Positions 52,590-64,000 of a DNA stretch of 64,000 bases are shown piece after piece. The notes under the pieces were generated by a model that was given only the letters and a program-made list of their open reading frames with translations, did no database searches and was not told the DNA's origin. Location: NCBI RefSeq assembly GCF_963921235.1, contig NC_086097.1:310001-374000 (forward strand), written 5' to 3'. The position numbers and the translations under genes were made by a program. The stretch is from Mobula hypostoma. Lineage: Eukaryota. Positions within the stretch are counted from its first letter, which is position 1. The number at the start of each line of letters is the position of its first letter.

Positions 52590-52786
52590 AGGGTGGTTTA
52601 GTGGCATCAGCACTGAATTTCAAGGCAGATGGTCCTCAGTGCAAACCCAGCCGGATCCCAGCCTGGGCAGTAGCAGTATCTGCATGGAAGAAAGGCCTGA
52701 CAATCTACTTCCGTATCTTGACATGAAAACCCTACAGACCGCGAGGTCACAAAGAGTCGGACTTGACTTAACAACTGAACAACAAG
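52590..52786 (+). mobile_element. SINE with tRNA-like head and RTE/BovB-like 3' tail
   Basis: head related to 20740-20835; ends ggtcacaaagagtcggacttgacttaacaactgaacaacaa. Confidence 0.55.
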
Positions 52787-53308
52787 GAAGCTATTATTGA
52801 TACTTGGTTGCAGGAAGGGCAGTATTCTGGGGTTCCATTGTTTTAGACACGACATAGCAGGACGGATTAAAGCGGGAGGGATGATGTTACTAGTCAAGGA
52901 AGATGTCACAGTAGTGCTCAGTCAGGACAGGCCGGAGACCAGAGCAGTGAGGCTTTATGGGTGGAACCGAGGAACAGGAAAGCCACATTTTGACTACCCA
53001 ACAGTCCGCGGGATTTAGAGGGACAAATCTCTAAAATACAATGTTGGAAAGTATGGTCATGCACTTTGGTGGCAGAAATATACGGACAAACTATTATTTA
53101 GATGGGGAGAGAATTCAAAATGCAGAGATGCAAAGGGACTTGGGAGTCCTTGTGCAGGATACCTTAAAGGTTAACCGCCAGGTTGAGTCAGTTGTGAAGA
53201 AGACGAATACAATGTTGGCATTCACTTCTAGAGGTATAGAATATAAGAGCAGGAATGTGATGTTGAGGCTCTATAAGGCACTCGTGAGACCACACGTGGA
53301 GTATTGTG

Positions 53309-55700
53309 CAACACACACAGAATGCTGATGGAATGCAGCAGGCCAGGCAGCATCTATAGGAAGAGGTACGGTCGACGTTTCGGGCCAAGACCCTTCGTCA
53401 GGACTAACTGAAAGAAGAGAAAATGAGAGATTTGAGAGGGAGAGGGGGAGATCCGAAATGATAGGAGAAGACAGGAGGGGGAGGGATGGAGCTAAGAGCT
53501 GGAAAGTTGATTGGCAAAAGGGATACAAGGCTGGAGAAGGGGGAGGATCATGGGACGGGAGGCCTAGGGAGAAAGAAAGGGGGAGGGGAGCATCAGTGGA
53601 AGATGGAGTGCAGGCGAGGAGTTGTTGTGAGAGGGACAGAGAGAGAAAAGGGGGGGGGAGGAGGAGGAGGAGGAATAATAAATAAATAAATAAGGGATGG
53701 GATAAGAAGGGGAGGAGGGGCATTAACGGAAGTTAGAGAAGTCAATGTTCATGCCATCAGGTTGGAGGCTACCCAGACGGAATATGAGGTGTTGTTCCTC
53801 CAACCTGAGTGTGGCTTCATCGTGACGGTAGAGGAGGCCATGGATAGACATATCAGAATGGGAATGTGATGTGGAATTAAAATGTGTGGCCACTGGGAGA
53901 TCCTGCTTTTGCTGGCAGACAGAGCGTAGGTGTTCAGCGAAACGATCTCCCAGTCTACGTCAGGTCTCACCAATATATAGAAGGCCACACAGGGAGCACC
54001 AGACACAGTATATCACCCCAGCTGACTCACAGGTGAAGTGTCGCCTCACCTGGAAGGACGGTCTGGGGCCCTGAATGGTGGTGAGGGAGGAGGTGTAAGG
54101 GCATGTGTAGCACTTGTTCCGCTTACAAGGATAAATGCCAGGAGGGAGATCAGTGGGAAGGGATGGGAGGGACGAATGGACAAGGGAGTCACGTAGGGAG
54201 CGATCCCTGCAGAAAGCAGAAAGAGGGGGGGAGGGAAAGATGTGCTTGCTGGTGGGATCCCGTTGGAGGCGGCAGAAGTTACGGAGAATTATATGTTGGA
54301 CTCGGAGGCTGGTGGGGTGGTAGGTGAGGACAAGAGGAACCCCTAGTGGGGTGGCAGGAGGATGGAGTGAGAGCAGATGTGTGTGAAATGGGAGAGATGC
54401 ATTTGAGAGCAGAGTTGATGGTGGGGGAAGGGAAGCCCCTTTCTTTAAAAAAGGAAGACATCTCCCTCGTCCTGGAATGAAAGGCCTCATCCTGAGAGCA
54501 GATGCGGCGGAGACGGAGGAATTGCAAGAAGGGGATGGCATTTTTGTAAGAGACAGGATGGGAAGAGGAATAGTCCAGGTGGCTGTGAGAGTCCGTAGGC
54601 TTGTAGTAGATATCAGTAGCTAAGCTGTCTCCAGAGATGGAGACAGAAAAATCAAGAAAGGGGAGGGTGGTGTCGGAAATGGACCAGGTAAATTTGAAGG
54701 CAGGGTGAAAGTTGGAGGCAAAGTTAATGAAGTCAATGAGCTCAGCATGTGTACAGGAAGCAGTGCCAATGCAGTCATCGATGTAGCGAAGGAAAAGTGG
54801 GGGACAGATACCAGTATAGGCTTAGAACATGGACTGTTCCACAAAGCCAACAAAAAGGCAGGCATAGCTGGGACCCATATGGGTGCCCATGGCTACACCT
54901 TTAGTTTGGAAGAAGTGGGAGGAGCCAAAGGAGAAATTATTAAGAGTAAGGACTAATTCTGCTAGACGGAGGAGAGTGGTGGTAGAAGGGAACTGGTTAG
55001 GTCTGGATTCCAAAAAGAAGCGGAGAGTTTTGAGACCTTCCTGGTGGGGAATGGAGTTATATAGGGACTGGATATCCATGGTGAAAATAAGGCAGTGGGG
55101 GCCAGGGAACTTAAAATCATTGAAAAAATCTAGAGCGTGAGAAGTGTCACGAACATAGGTGGGAAGGGATTGAACAAGGGGGGATAAAACACTGTCGGGG
55201 TATGCAGAAATGAGTTTGGTGGGGCAGGAGCAAGCTGAGACGATGGGTCTACCTGGACAGGCAGGTTTGTGGATCTTGGGTAGGAGGTAGAAATGCAGCG
55301 TGTGGGAACTGAGGTTGGTGGCAGTGGATGGGAGATCCCCTGAGCTGATAAGGTTGGTCATGGTGTGGGAGACAATGGCCTGGTGCTCCTTAGTGGGGTC
55401 ATGATTGAGGGGTAAATAAGAGGAGGTATCAGCAAGTTGTCGCTGTGCCTCGGCAAGGTGGAGGTCAGTACGCCAGACTACAACAGCACACCCCTTATCA
55501 GCGGGTTTTATAGTAAGGTTAGGATTGGTGCTGAGGGAGTGGAGTGCAGAGTGTTCAGAAGAAGTGAGGTTGGAATTGGAACAAGATGCGGTGAAGTTGA
55601 GACGGTTGATGTCCCGTCGGCAATTTGCAATAAAGAAATCCAGAGCAGGCAGAAGACCAGAGCGGGGTGTCCATGAAGAGGAGGAGGGTTGAAGATGGGA
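53309..55700 (-). mobile_element. Penelope-like element: RT, GIY-YIG endonuclease and pseudo-LTR with hammerhead
   Basis: KPADKG, FYLLPKIHK..PGRPIVS, GVAMGT; C..C..C..FTCESAGVIYCVWCSLCGLLYIGET. Confidence 0.92.
53371..53405 (-). ncRNA. Minimal hammerhead ribozyme (Penelope type)
   Basis: reverse strand reads agtc-CTGACGA-a-GGGT cttg GCCC-GAAA-cgTC-gac. Confidence 0.75.
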
Positions 55701-56069
55701 GAAGGGTCCTATCCCTTCTGCAGCCTTGTATCCCTTTTGCCAATCAACTTTCACAAGATCACAAGACAAAGGAGCAGAAGTAGGCCATTCGGCCCATCGA
55801 GTCTGCTCCACCACTCCACCATGAGCTAAACTATTCTCCCATCTAGTTCCAATTTCCGGCTTTTTTCCCCATATCCCTTGATACCCTGACTAATTAGATA
55901 TCTATCAATCTCCTCCTTAAACACCCTCAATGATCGGGCCTCCGCAGCTGTATGTGGCAACGAATTCCATAAATCCAGGACCCTCTGGCTAAAAAAATTT
56001 CTCCTCATCTCTGTTTTAAATGGGTACCCTCTAATGGCCGTGGATAGACATATCAGAATGGGAATGGCA

Positions 56070-56670
56070 CCTCTACTGGCAAGATGAAGCCACACTCAGG
56101 TTGGAGGAACAACACCTTATATTCCGTCTGGGTAGTCTCCAACCTGATGGCATGAACATTGACTTCTCTAACTTCCGTTAATGCCCCACCTCCCCTTTGT
56201 ACCCCATCCCTTATTTATTTATTTATCTATCTATCTATTTATTTAATTTCCCCTTTTTTCCTCATTTTTTCTGTCTCTTTTTTTCCCCCTCTGTCCCTCT
56301 CACACTCTCACTATAACTCCTTGCCTATCCCCTGGGTTTCCCCCCCCCCTCCCCATTTCTTTCTCCCTAGGCCTCCCGTCCCATGATCCTCTGCCTTCTC
56401 CAGCCTCGTATCCCTTTTGCCAATCATCTTTCCAGCCCTTAGCTCCATCCCTCCCCCTCCTGTCTTCTCCTATCATTTCAGATCTCCCCCTCCCCCTTCC
56501 ACTTTCAAATCTCTGAGTACCTCCTCTTTCAGTTAGACCTGACGAAGGGTCTCGGCCTGAAACGTCGACTGTACCTCTTCCTAGAAATGCTGCCTGGCCT
56601 GCTGCGTTCACCAGCATTTTGTGTGTGTTGCTTGGATTTCCAGCACCTACAGATTTCCTTGTGTTTGCGT
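56070..56670 (+). mobile_element. Penelope 3' end and pseudo-LTR, inverted relative to 53309-53830; hammerhead motif at 56535-56570
   Basis: reverse complement of 53309-53830; CTGACGAAGGGTCTCGGCCTGAAACGTCGACT. Confidence 0.85.
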
Positions 56671-59260
56671 AAATATAAATATGTAAGATGGCTTATGTAC
56701 ATTGATTATAAAGTGAAGGTTGGCACAAGAGTCGTGGTACGTAAAGTGACTCTGACAAAAAAATGAGAAAGTAGTGGTGGTTGGAGGTGTGGGATAGGTT
56801 AGTGGGTGGAGGTTTTGATCAGGCTTGGTTCTTGGGGAAAGTAACTGTGTTGAATTTGGTGGCCCTGGTGTGAATGCTACATAGCCGGCTCCCTGATGAG
56901 AGTGGGACAAACAGGCTGGGTGGGTTTCTTCATGATATTTCTGGCATCTCTCTGTATATATATCCTTGGTGGGTAGGCTGATGCCAGTGATGCACAGGGC
57001 AGTTTTGACTACCTGTTGTGGAGCCTTACTGTCCGCTGCAGTGCAGTTTTCATAACAGGCATGGTGCAGCATGTTAAGGTGCTCTCCACTGTGCTTCTAC
57101 AGAAGGATGTGCCTAATGCTGTGCATAGTCCAGTTCTCTTCAGGCTTCTCAGAAAGCAGAGGTGTTGGTTAACTTTCTTGATTATGTAGAATATGTTCTA
57201 GGATGATGAGAGGTTGTGCAAGATGTGCACTCCCAGGAGCTTGAAACTGCTTGCAGTGCCACCAAAAGTAGTAAGTAGTTCGAGTTCAACTGAAGTCAAC
57301 AACTATTTCCTTTGATTTGTTGACATAGTGGAAGAGGTTATTTGCCTGGCACCAGTCCTCAAGCTCTTCCATCTCCTGTCTATAGCCCATTCCCCACACG
57401 AAACCACCACGGTGAGCTTCACAGCTCTACAGGTGAGAAGACAGCTGAAACGTCTCAACCCAAGCAAGGCTGCAGGACCGGATGGTGTCAGTACCAGGGT
57501 GCTCAAAGCCTGTGCCCCTCAGCTGTGTGGAGTAGTTCGCCATGTATTCAACCTGAGCCTCTGGAGGGTTCCTGTATTGTGGAAGACATCCTGCCTCGTC
57601 CCTGTTCCGAAGACGCCGCACCCCAGCGGCCTCAATGACTACAGACCAGTGGCATTGACCTCCCATATCATGAAGACCCTGGAGAGACTTGTTCTGGAGC
57701 TGCTCTGGCCTATGGTCAGGCCACACTTAGATCCCCTCCAGTTCGCCTACCAGCCCCGACTAGGAGTTGATGCCATCATCTTCCTGCGGAACCGTGTCTA
57801 CGCCCACCTAGACAAGCCAGCGAGCACTGTGAAGGTCATGTTGTTTGATTTCTCCAGTGCGTTCAACACCATCCGCCCTGCTCTGCTGGGGGAGAAACTG
57901 ACAGCGATGCAGGTGGATGCTTCCCTGGTATCATGGATTCTTGATTACCTGACTGGCAGACCACAGTACGTGTGCTTGCAACACTGGGGCTCCACAGGGG
58001 ACTGTCTTGTCTCCCTTTCTCTTCACCATTTACACCTCGGACTTCAACTACTGTACAGAGTTTTTTCATCTTCAGAAGTTTTCTGATGACTCTGCCATAG
58101 TTGGATGCATCAGCAAGGGAGATGAGGCTGAGTACAGGGCTACAGTAGGAAACTTTGTCACATGGTGTGAGCAGAATGATCTGCAGCTTATTGTGAAAAA
58201 GACTAAGGAGCTGGTGGTAGACCTGAGGAGAGCTAAGGTACCGGTGACCCCTGTTTCCATCCAGGGGGTCAGTGTGGACATGGTGGAGGATTACAAATAC
58301 CTGGGGATACGAATTGACAATAAACTGGACTGGTCAAAGAACACTGAGGCTGTCTACAAGAAGGGTCAGAGCCGTCTGTATTTCCTGAGGAGACTGAGGT
58401 CCTTTAACATCTGCTGAGGATGTTCTACGAGTCTGTGGTGGCCAGTGCTATCATGTTTGCTGTTGTGTGCTGGGGCAGCAGGCTGAGGGTAGCAGACACC
58501 AACAGAATCAACAAACTCATTCGTAAGGCCAATGATGTTGTGGGGATGGAACTGGACTCTCCGACAGTGGTGTCTGAAAAGAGGATGCTGTCTAAGTTGC
58601 ATGCCATCTTGGTCATTGTCTCCCATCCACTACATAATGTACTGGGTGGGCACAGGAGTACATTCAGCCAGAGACTCATTCCACCGAGATGCAGCACTGA
58701 GCGTGATAGGAAGTCATTCCTGCCTCTGGCCATCAAACTTGTGGCTAAAGGGATCAGGGGGTATGGAGGGAAGGCTGGTGCAGGGTTCTGAGTTGGATGG
58801 TCAGCCATGATCATACTGAATGGCGGTGCAGGTTCCGGCCTGCATACTGAATGGCCTACTCCTGCACCTATTTACTATGTCTCTCTATGTTCTAAACTTT
58901 ACAACTCCTGCCTTGGAGGGTCAGACACCCTGAGCCAATAGGCTGGTCCTAGACTTATTTCATAATTTACTGGCATAATTTACATGTTACTATTTAACTG
59001 TTTATGGTTCTATTACTATTTATTATTTATGGAACAACTGTAACAAAAACCAATTTCCCCCGGGATTAATAAAGTATGACTATGACTATCTCATAGTTGT
59101 TGGTAGCAGTGAGAGATTAAAAATATGTGGTACCAAAAGAGATAGCAGAGATGTTGTGCCATTCGGGTGTTTGGCCATGCAGTTGTGGATCAGCACAGTG
59201 TACGTCAGTGGGCTCAGCAAACAGTCCGGGGGGGGTGCACTTGTTTTGAGGATGATGGGG
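56671..59260 (-). mobile_element. Older Rex/Babar-like LINE remnant (56671-~57389 and ~59089-59260) split by a younger Rex1
   Basis: ORF 56647-57072 NCTAADSKAPQQVVKTA resembles a Rex/Babar C-terminus. Confidence 0.55.
57390..59090 (+). mobile_element. Rex1/Babar LINE RT and 3' end, with a CR1 tail inserted at 58741-58893 (TSD AAACTT)
   Basis: KAAGPDG, DYRPVALTS..MKTLERLV, DPLQFAY, DFSSAFNTI, FSDD; tail aataaagtatgactatgact. Confidence 0.92.
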
Positions 59261-59269
59261 AGGGAAGAG

Positions 59270-62200
59270 CACCACAGTGACCGGGTCTCTGGCACTGATC
59301 CTGGCGCTGTTGTGCAGGAGGGAAGGAGGGAGAAGAGGAATGCGGTAGTCATAGGGGATTCCATAGTCAGGGGAACAGACAGGAGATTCTGTGAGCCTAA
59401 TAGAGATACCCGCATGGTGTGTTGCCTCCCAGGTGCCAGGGTACGGGATGTCTCGGATCGGGTCCTGAATATTTTGAAGGGAGAGGGCAAGCAGTCAGTT
59501 GTCTTGATACATGTTGGTACCAATGACATAGATAGGATAAGGGAGGAGGTCCTGAAGAGAGATTTCTGGGAGTTAGGAAGGAAGCTGAGAAGCAGGACCT
59601 CCAGGATAGTAATCTCGGGATTGTTACCTGTGCCACGTGCTAGCGAGGGCAAGAATAGTAGGATCAGGCAGATGAATACGTGGCTGAGAGATTGGTGCAG
59701 GGGGCAAGGCTTCAGATTCTTGGATCATTGGGATCTCTTCTGGGGGAAGTATGACCTGTTCAAAATGGACAGGTTACACCTGAACCTGAAGGGGACCAAT
59801 ATCCTGGCGGGAAGGTTTAATAGAGCTGTTAGGGAGGGTTTAAACTAATTTGGCAGGGGGATGGGAACCAGAATGACAGAGCAGAGGAAGGGGAAAACAG
59901 AAATAAATCTTAGATAGTGAGCAGTAAAGATGTCAGGAAAGACAGGCAGGTGATGGGGCAAATTTGTAGCCATTGGGATGAGTTGCAGTGCAATAAAGTT
60001 GCAGTGAAATCAAAGCGAAAAGTACCAAATACTGGTCTTAAGGTGTTATACTTAAATGCACGCAGCATAAGGAATAAGGTGGATGATCTTGTCGCACAGC
60101 TACAGATTGGCAGGTATGATATTGTGGCCATCACTGAGGCGTGGCTAAAGGATGCATGTCTCTGGGAGCTGAACGTCCAAGGATACATGATGTATCAGAA
60201 GGATAGGAAGGTAGGCAGAGGGGGGGGCGTGGCTTTATTGGTAAGAAATGATATTAAATCATTAGAAAGAGGTGATATAGGATCGTAGTGTGCAGAATCT
60301 TTGTGGATTGATCTAAGAAATCGCAGGGGTAAAAGGACCCTGATGGCAGTTGTATATAGGCCTCCAAACAGCTGCAGTGATGTGGACTACAAATTACAAC
60401 AGGAAATAGAAAAGGCTTGTCAGAAGGGCAGCGTTATGATAATTGTGGGGATTTTAACATGCGAGTGGATTGGAAAATCAGGTCGGCACTGGATCTCAAG
60501 AGAGAGAGTTTGTAGAATGTCTGCGAGATGGCTTTTTAGAACAGCTTGTTGTTGAGCCCACTAGGGGATCGGCTGTACTAGATTGGGTATTGTGTAATGA
60601 ACCGGAGGTGATAGAGAGATTGAGGTGAAGGAACCCTTAGGAGGCAGTGATCATAACATGATTGAGTTCACTGTGAAATTTGAAAAAGAGAAGCCGAAAT
60701 CTGATGTGTCGGTATTTCAGTGGACTAAAGGAAATTATAGTGGCATGAGAGAGGAACTGGCCAAAGTTGACTGGAAAGGGACACTGGCGGGAAGGACGAC
60801 AGAGCAGCAGTGGCTGGAGTTTATGCGAGAAGTGAGGAAGGTGCAAGACAGGTATATTCCAAAAAAGAAGAAATTTTTGAATGGAAGAAGGATGCAACTG
60901 TGGCTGATAAGAGAAGTCAAAGCCAAAGTTAAAGCAAAGGTGAGAGCATACAAGGAAGTAAAAATTAGTGGAAAGACAGAGGATTGGGGAAGTTTTTAAA
61001 AGCTTACTAAAGGAAACTAAGAAGGTCATTAAGAGGGAAAAGATTAACTATGAAAGGAAGCGAGCAAATAATATCAAAGAGGATACTAAAAGCTTTTTCA
61101 AGTATATAAAGAGTAAAAGACAGGTGAGAGTAGATATAGGACCGATAGAAAATGATGCTGGAGAAATTGTAATGGGAGATAAGGAGATGGCGGAGGAACT
61201 GAACGAGTATTTTGCATCAGTCTTCACTGAGGAAGACATCAGCAGGATATCGGACACTCAAGGGTGGCAAGGAAGCGAAGTGTGTGCAGTCACAATTACG
61301 ACAGAGAAAGTACTCAGGAAGCTGAATAGTCTAAAGGTTGATAAATCTCCTGGACCAGATGAAATGCACCCTCATATTCTGAAGGAAGTAGCTGTGGCGA
61401 TTGCAGAGGCATTAGCAACGATCTTTCAAAAGTCGATAGATTCTGGCATGGTTCCGGAGGACTGGAAGATTGCAAATGTCACTTCGCTATTTAAAAAGGG
61501 GTCAAGGAAGCAAAAAGGAAATTATAGACCTGTTAGCTTGACATCGGTGGTTGGGAAGTTGTTGGAGTCGATTGTCAAGGATGAGGTTACAGAGTACCTG
61601 GAGGCATATGACAAGATAGGCAGAACTCAGCATGGATTCCTTAAAGGAAAATCCTGCCTGACAAACCTATTACAATTTTTTGAGGAAATTACAAGTAGGC
61701 TAGACAAGGGAGATGCAGTGGATGTTGTATATTTGGATTTTCGGAAGGCCTTTGACAAGGTGCCACACATGAGGCACATGAGGCAAGGTAAGAGCCCATG
61801 GAATTACGGGAAAGTTACATACATGGATAGAGCGTTGGCTGATTGGCAGGAAACAGAGAGTGGGAATAAAGAGATCCTATTCTGGTTGTCTGCCGGTTAC
61901 CAGTGGTGTTCCACAGGGGTCCGTGTTGGGGCCGCTTCTTTTTACGTTGTACATCAACAGTTTGGATTATGGAATAGATATCTTTGTGGCTAAGTTTGCT
62001 GATGATACGAAGATAGGTGGAGGGTCCGGTAAGTGTTGAGGAAACAGGGAGTCGGCAGAGAGACTTGGATAGATTGGAAGAATGGGCAAAGAAGTGATAA
62101 ATGAAATACAGTGTTGGAAAGTGTGTGGTTATGCACTTTGGCAGAAGAAATAAATGGGCAGACTGTTATTTAAATGGGGAGAGAATTCAAAGTTCTGAGA

Positions 62201-62927
62201 TGCAACGGGACTTGGGAGTCCTCGTGCAGGATACCCTTAAGGTTAACCTCCAGGTTGAGTTGTTGGTGAAAAAGGCGAATGCAATGTTGGCATTAATTTC
62301 TGGAGGAATAGAGTATAGGAGCAGGGATGTGATGTTGAGGCTCTATAAGGTGCTGGTAAGACCTCACTTGGAGTACTGTGGGCAGTTTGGGTCTCCTTAT
62401 TTAAGAAAGGATGTGCTGATATTGGAGAGGGTACAGAGAAGATTCACTAGAATGGTTCCGGGAATGAGAGGGTTAACATATGAGGAACGTTTGTCCACTC
62501 TTGAACTGTATTCTTTGGAGTTTAGAAGAATGAAGGGAGACCTCATAGATACATTTCGAATGTTGAAAGGCATGGGCAGAGTGGATGTGGCAAAGTTGTT
62601 TCCCATGATGGGGGAGTCTAGTACGAGAGGGCATGACTTAAAGATTGAAGGGCGCCCATTCAGAACAGAGATGCGAAGAAATTTTTTTAGTCAGAGGGTG
62701 GTGAATTTATGGAATTTGTGCCACGGGCGGCAGTGGAGGCCAAGTCATTGGGTGTATTTAAGGCAGAGAGTGATAGGTATCTGAGTAGCCAGGGCATCAA
62801 AAGTTATGGTGAGAAGGCGGGGGAGTGGGACTAAATGGAAGAATGGATCAGCTCATGATAAAATGGCGGAGCAGACTCAATGGGCCGAATGGCCGATTTC
62901 TGCTCCTTTGTCTTATGGTCTTATGGT
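59270..62927 (+). mobile_element. CR1 subfamily A (esterase ORF1, ORF2, tail), ending about 180 bp upstream of a POMT2 exon
   Basis: ORF1 ends VREGLN* at 59848; ORF2 segments at 59917-62784; tcttatggtcttatgg tail. Confidence 0.92.
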
Positions 62928-63105
62928 TATGCATCCTAACTATTTGAGGTCTGTTGGTTAGGAAGTCTTATCATACAGTTGCACAGTGGGGTATTCAAAC
63001 TGAAGAGCAGCAGTTTGTTAACCAAGGAGTGTGGGACAGTAGTGTTGAATGCCAAAATGAAATCTGGAGATAGCATGACAGCTCTCCCTTGCACATTTGC
63101 TGCAG

Positions 63106-63215
63106 ATATTGCTTATGGATCAATAATTACAATGAAGAATGTGCAGACTGCAGGGGGATATCTGCACTCTCACTGGCATCTCTATCCAGAAGGGGTTGGA
63201 GCACGACAACAGCAG
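63106..63215 (+). CDS. POMT2: POMT2 internal exon (equivalent to exon 9), start of the MIR domain: (Y)[36 protein letters not shown]
   Basis: tgcAG|AT acceptor and CAG|GTCAGT donor; 110 bp; GGYLHSH..YP...QQQ MIR motif. Confidence 0.95.
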
Positions 63216-63297
63216 GTCAGTTGGCTGCCCTGAGATATTGTGTGGGTTTAGGTGCTGAAATTGTGTTGTGTAAAAAGTTCTGTTGTCCTTTTTTCAG

Positions 63298-63364
63298 GTT
63301 ACAGCATATTTACACAAGGATGATAACAATCTTTGGATTGTCAGGAAACCTGATCACACCACAG
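63298..63364 (+). CDS. POMT2: POMT2 internal exon (equivalent to exon 10): VTAYLHKDDNNLWIVRKPDHTT
   Basis: ttttttcAG|GTT acceptor and ACAG|GTTAGT donor; 67 bp; continues QQQ-VT..HKD.NN.W of the MIR domain. Confidence 0.94.
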
Positions 63365-64000
63365 GTTAGTGTTCTACTTTGTGTGTTTAATTTCCTAGAG
63401 ATAACAGCTGGATCTAATTCACATACATAGCCTGAATCCCAGGGGTCCTAACCTTTTGGACCAGTCTCCTATATGGAATGTCATGGAAGGCAATTCTGAA
63501 GTCCATGTAAACCACATGTACACTACCCTTATCAGTACACTTTATTACCTCCTCAAAAAAAAAATCAATCCTATTGTTGATCAGGTCCTTTAGGACTTGA
63601 AGACCTGATTTGTCCTTTTCCATAACTAGTTTAAAACTAATAAAGATAAAAAAAGATTAGTGCTATTTGTCACATATACATTGAAACATGCAGTGAAATG
63701 CATTGCGACACATTCAAAATGCTGGAGGAAATCAGCAGAACAGGCAGCATCAATGAAAATGAGCAAACAATTGATGGTCTGGGCTGAGACCCTTCAGGAC
63801 TGGAAAGGAAAGGAAGGGAGATAGATGACAGAATAAAGAGGTGGGGGAGGGGAAGGAGGATAGCTAGAATGTGATAGGTGAAGCCAGGTGGCTGGTAAAG
63901 GGAGAGGAAAGGATCTGTCGACAGGACCATGGGAGAAAGGGAAAAGAGAGGGGTCCCAGAGGAATTTATAGGTAGGTGAGAAAAGGTAAGACCATAAGAT

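Noticed and set aside
59156..59848. SGNH esterase as a host or horizontally acquired enzyme gene
   Set aside because: The esterase is an established CR1 ORF1 domain, and every copy here sits directly upstream of ORF2.

Overview
Vertebrate genomic DNA; the repeat families suggest a cartilaginous fish such as a ray, which is an inference. The window covers five internal coding exons of POMT2 (protein O-mannosyltransferase 2) on the + strand: 19023-19182, 29715-29821, 50139-50221, 63106-63215 and 63298-63364. All have AG/GT boundaries and splice in frame. The introns are almost entirely nested, decayed retroelements: several CR1-clade LINE subfamilies (ORF1 with Zn-finger/coiled-coil plus SGNH esterase; ORF2 with APE and RT), Rex1/Babar LINEs, one L1-clade 5' half, Penelope-like elements (RT plus GIY-YIG) and SINE-like pieces. 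Subfamily letters A-E are my own working labels and repeat boundaries are approximate. Main observations: (1) nearly every CR1 ORF1/ORF2 junction, across divergent subfamilies, has the slippery heptamer U_UUA_AAC in canonical phase directly before the ORF1 stop, with ORF2 in the -1 frame, suggesting programmed -1 ribosomal frameshifting; (2) Penelope termini carry minimal hammerhead ribozymes, some sense to the POMT2 pre-mRNA, including a TSD-flanked fold-back insertion; (3) CR1 5' ends carry tandem promoter-like monomers; (4) one CR1 is inserted antisense into a copy of its own family.
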